From Chrysemys picta bellii (Eukaryota): a stretch of 64,000 nucleotides of DNA. Shown here in pieces: positions 60,225 to 64,000 of the stretch. The stretch spans positions 91,016,001 to 91,080,000 of the forward strand of contig NC_088798.1 in NCBI RefSeq assembly GCF_011386835.1, given 5' to 3'. The first letter of the stretch is position 1, and every line of letters starts with the position of its first letter. The notes under the pieces are model-generated. The model saw only the letters and a program-made list of their open reading frames with translations. It had not been told where the DNA came from and ran no database searches. A program made the position numbers and the translations under genes.

Positions 60225-60682
60225 AGCAAAAACTGATTAGTATTTGAGACCTGGAAATTCCTGACACCACCATGGGGCATTCCTGCACAACTGCCCGGTG
60301 GCTTTTTGGGCTTGATCTTGCTCTCACTGATATCGGTGTAAAGACTATTGACTTCACTGGTGGAAGATCGGGTCTTGTGTGTTTATTTCACCTTCTCCTG
60401 AAGCATCTAGTATAGTTACTGTTTTACTTAAGATCCGGGGTGAAAATTAAATGTACCCATTGGTTTGTTCAGATATGGCATGTGTACATAATATGTAAAT
60501 TATCTTGATAATAAGCATCCATTGTGGTTAGTGGGAGCAGTTTTGTAAATCTTTGGTTAAGATCTTCTCCTGGCCACTTTTAGTCAGGTCTTTTAACTTG
60601 TTGAACCATGATTTTCAAACACTTTCCTTCTGTTTTTAAGGGCAAACCACACTTTCTCCTTTTTAAGACTCTGCTTAACTTC

Positions 60683-60934
60683 GGCCTGGTCCCCACTTAG
60701 TCCGGACTTCGGACTAAGGTACGCAAATTCAGCTACGTTAATAACGTAGCTGAATTCGAAGTACCTTAGTCCGAACTTACCGCGGTCCAGACGCGGCCGG
60801 AAGTCTCCCCCCGTCGACGCCGCGTACTCCTCTCGGCGAGCTGGAGTACCGGCGCCGACTGTGAGCACTTCCGGGATCGATCCCAGAACATCGATGGCGT
60901 GCCGCCGGACCAGCCAGTAAGTGAAGACTAGGCC
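60683..60934. mobile_element. Young CpG-rich Harbinger-like MITE
   Basis: TIR GGCCTGGTCCCCACTTA vs GGCCTAGTCTTCACTTA (14/17); 3-bp TSD TTC; many intact CpGs. Confidence 0.85.
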
Positions 60935-61129
60935 TTCCTCTCCTATGTTTTGCCTAATCTCCTCCTGCTTCACCAAGTTTCTCTTGTGACTTCTTCCTTG
61001 ATGGCCATTTCCCATTCTGGGTCATCTTTCAAGACACTCTAAGTTTGGAGCAGCACTCGCAGGTAATATTTGCCAGTCTCTGCTTTCAAAGAAACTATCA
61101 GACCACCTGTTTTGTAAAGATTTCAAATT

Positions 61130-61295
61130 TTCTCCACTCATTTTTGTTGAATTTTTCCACTTCTTTCTATGCTCATTCTGCATTTCTCATCTCTTGCCTT
61201 TAGACAGTAAACTCTTCAAGAGAGGGGCTAACATGTTTGACATGTTTTACTTACTCCACAACACTGTATACATCTGCAGTGCCATATATAAATTG
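61130..61295 (+). mobile_element. L2-type 3' tail
   Basis: CTCTTGCCTTTAGACAGTAAACTCTTCAAG..AGGGGCT...ACACTGTATACATCTGCAGTGCCATATATAAAT. Confidence 0.55.
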
Positions 61296-61579
61296 GGTAG
61301 AAATAAAAAATAGAATTAAGACTAAAACAGTTGCATCAGATACATAGACCTGAAAATGAAGAGGAAATTGCAGAAAAAAATGAAAAAAGGGACAAATATT
61401 GAGATGAGAGACGATAGTAAGGACTAAGACAAAAATGCATGGGTTGCTACAATATTAGCAACGCATGTAAGAGAACAAGAGTCTGAAATATGCAAGTGAT
61501 GGACTTGCACTTTCCTTTGTGCTCTTGTCAACTGAGAGAAAAGTCTAGGGACACAAAGCTGAAATGACTGTCTTGTTTC

Positions 61580-62075
61580 AAACTTCACGGACCGTGAAAT
61601 CTGCATAGTATAAGGTAAAGCACACAAAAGACCAGATTTCACGGGGAAGACCAGTGTATCTCAAACTGGTGGTCCTGACCCAAAAGGGGTTGCAAGGTTA
61701 TTTCAGGAGGGTCACAGTATTGCCACCTTTACTTCTGCATTGTCTTCGGAGCCGGGTGGCCGGAGAGTGGCAGCTGCTGACCAAGGGCCCAGCTCTGAAG
61801 GCAGCAGCACAGAAATAAGGGTGGCGATACCACACCATGCCAGCCTTACTTTTGCACTGCTGCTGGCGGCATCTCTGCATTCAGAGCTGGGCTCCCGGCC
61901 AGCAGCTGCCACCTTCCGGACACCCAGCTATGAAGGTATCGCCACCGCCAGCAGCAGTGCAGAAGTAATGATAGCAGTACAATAACCATGCAACACACCT
62001 CTTCCCTCTTCCCCCCCACCCCCCACTCCTTTTTGGGTCAGGACCCCTACAATTACAACACTGTGAAATTTCAGT
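61580..62075. mobile_element. GC-rich DNA-transposon-derived repeat
   Basis: CACGGACCGTGAAATCTG...AGATTTCACGG head, internal CAGTGTATCTCAAACT (61652), recurring CAGAGCTGGG/CCCAGCTCTG and GGGTCAGGACCCC; ends uncertain. Confidence 0.6.
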
Positions 62076-62144
62076 AGGGTGGAAGCAAGGATGCATAGGG
62101 GAGCAAATGGTTGATTATAGTATAGGAGGCTGTTTGCTTAATAT

Positions 62145-62268
62145 TAGCATAACCAGATGTCCCGATTTTATAGGGACAATCCTGATTTTTGGGTCTTTTT
62201 CTTATATAGGCTCCTATTACCCCCCACCTCCTGTCCCGATTTTTCACACTTGCTGTCTGGTCACCCTA
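62145..62268. mobile_element. Short hAT Tip100-like MITE
   Basis: TAGCATAACCAGATGTCC ... TGTCTGGTCACCCTA (family end TAGGGTGACCAG); repeated GTCCCGATTTT; TSD only 5/8. Confidence 0.8.
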
Positions 62269-64000
62269 TGTAGTATGCATAGGGGCTTCTGGCTACCTAA
62301 TTCTCTGCACAATTTTTTCCTCCCAATTTTATGTGGTGATCATGTAATTAAAGACTGCATCATAATGCGTTTGCGCAAGGGGGCCAAATTAAGGTTGCAC
62401 CGGCAACTATAAATGTGCACTTTTACTTTTGAATTCTTGACTTTGCAACCTAAATAATGTTTTTTTTAATACATTTCCTAAAATTTTAAAAAGGAAGCAG
62501 GCAACAGTAGTTTGGAAACAGCAGTGATGTGTTTTGGGACCGCATGCCTATGATGTTTGTCAGGGGATAACTGGCTAAAATCCATTGCTTGTTGAGACGC
62601 TTACATTTCCTACAAGTTGTCTTCTCTGGTTAACTGAAAGAATAAACAAACTTATGCATTAGTGCACGTACACTTATCAGGTCACTTTTCGTTGTGTTTT
62701 GACTCATGATTTGAGTACTCTGATACCTGCTTTAGAAATTGAACAGTTTTAGTGATATTGGGGTCGGTTTAATTATACAAATGCTTACAAATCAATACCA
62801 TTCATTCATTTAGTTTAAAAAGATGTAGACCTTGATGAACCTGGACCAGTATTCCACTTCTTAAAAGCCAACGGCATGTATACAGTTAAACCAATGGCTA
62901 AATCTTCTGGCATCTTTTTATGGCTACACTTCTTATCTCTAAAAATATAGTGTAAACTAGTTGTGATAGCACTCTTAGAAAGACCATATAAATATAATTT
63001 CAGTATTGGGTGATCTGTGTTTATATGCAAAGGAGTTACTATTCAGCAGATTGAAATCTTACATATGGTTCATTTATTTATGATCTCTTGTAATTTTAAG
63101 ATTCCAGAAAATTCAGATCTTGAATTTGAGCATGTGTAGTGCCAAACTTAATTTTTTAGCCACTGAGGACATTTGTTATAAAGCTAAGATAATAATTTTT
63201 AATTAGGTGAATATGAACATGCAGTTTAAATTTTAAATGACATATTAAGAAATAGCTATCATCCTAGTGTGGTTTGTTTCATTGTTTGTGGAATACAAGT
63301 TGATTAGCTGTAATGCTGTGTTTTTATTAAATCTACCACCAACGGCTTGACTTCCAGATGTGTGGAGCACCCACATCTCCAGTTGAAGTCCAGTGAGAGT
63401 TGCAGATGCTCAGCACCTTTGTAAAGTAGACCATAGAAATAAGGAGACAAATTCTCTTTGGCTTATACCCTTGAAATTCCACTGACGATAATGAGGCCAT
63501 GTAGGTATTTGTAAGAATGATTTGGTCCTTGGAACATGTGGAATTTTTGTGATCAAATAAGTTAAGGTATTTAAGTTGGGTATAAAACCTTGTCCCAGTA
63601 ACATCTAAGAGTAGTAATGTTTCATGGAAATTTCCAAGCTGTGGTAAATGTTCCAGGACAAAGGTTTGGGCAGATAAAGCCCTGTACTGGGTTAAAACTG
63701 CAGTTTGTGGAAAGAGAGACACTCAACTGGATATCATGCTTGTCCTCAGTAGAATTAAATTGTTGGGAAAATTTTGGTGGTATCCAAGCCTCTCTCCACT
63801 TGCCCTGTCAAGGTTTTGAATGGTTGCCTGCATGGAAGAGTCTCTTTTATTTAAAAAAAAAAAAAAAAAATTATTCCAGTTTTGTGATGCAATTTACATG
63901 TGATGAGGAATGTGTGGTACAGCCAGTTTCTACATGAATTACTGCTTGTAAAATAACAGCCCTCTTGTCGTTGCTCGTTATTGTGAAAATGAGAAATGGG

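Larger units (their letters stand above)
50503..64000 (+). other. CPEB4: CPEB4 intron 2 (partial, runs off the window)
   Basis: No exon encoding GRLNYSYPG or ARTYGRRR seen by eye downstream. Confidence 0.8.

Noticed and set aside
50503-64000. CPEB4 exon 3 (GRLNYSYPG...) and the 24-nt neuronal microexon (ARTYGRRR)
   Set aside because: Not found by eye; presumably beyond the window end. A tBLASTn would settle it.
50503-64000. CPEB3-type HDV-like ribozyme in the paralogous intron
   Set aside because: No match to the recalled GGGGGCCACAGCAGAAGCG... sequence was seen, and that ribozyme is known from mammalian CPEB3. A structure-based search was not possible.
1-64000. CRISPR arrays, rRNA, NUMT, viral or prokaryotic operon-like systems
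   Set aside because: No regularly spaced identical repeats with unique spacers and no recognisable rRNA, mitochondrial or viral coding signal; the window is vertebrate nuclear DNA.

Overview
Vertebrate genomic DNA, most likely a turtle, judged from a tRNA-derived CR1-tailed SINE, reptile-type CR1 3' ends, AmnSINE1/LF-SINE relics and abundant GC-rich hAT/Harbinger MITEs. The only protein-coding gene is the 5' part of CPEB4 on the + strand: a CpG-island promoter (~35.15-36.2 kb), a long 5' leader, coding exon 1 (37227-38351), intron 1, exon 2 (50421-50502) and the first 13.5 kb of intron 2. Exon 3 and the neuronal microexon were not seen by eye. The first 35 kb is repeat-rich intergenic DNA with several dated, nested insertions. 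The most interesting unexplained structure is in the CPEB4 leader: five degenerate tandem units, most carrying a micro-uORF whose stop lies in a conserved CTGAGGTAAAATC motif that is also donor-like, upstream of a clean 3' splice site 26 nt before the start codon. Other candidates are an intronic poly(A) isoform encoding only the low-complexity domain, two poison exons, and a decayed Penelope-type hammerhead motif. Repeat-family names come from remembered consensus sequences, not a database search, and boundaries without TIR/TSD support are approximate.
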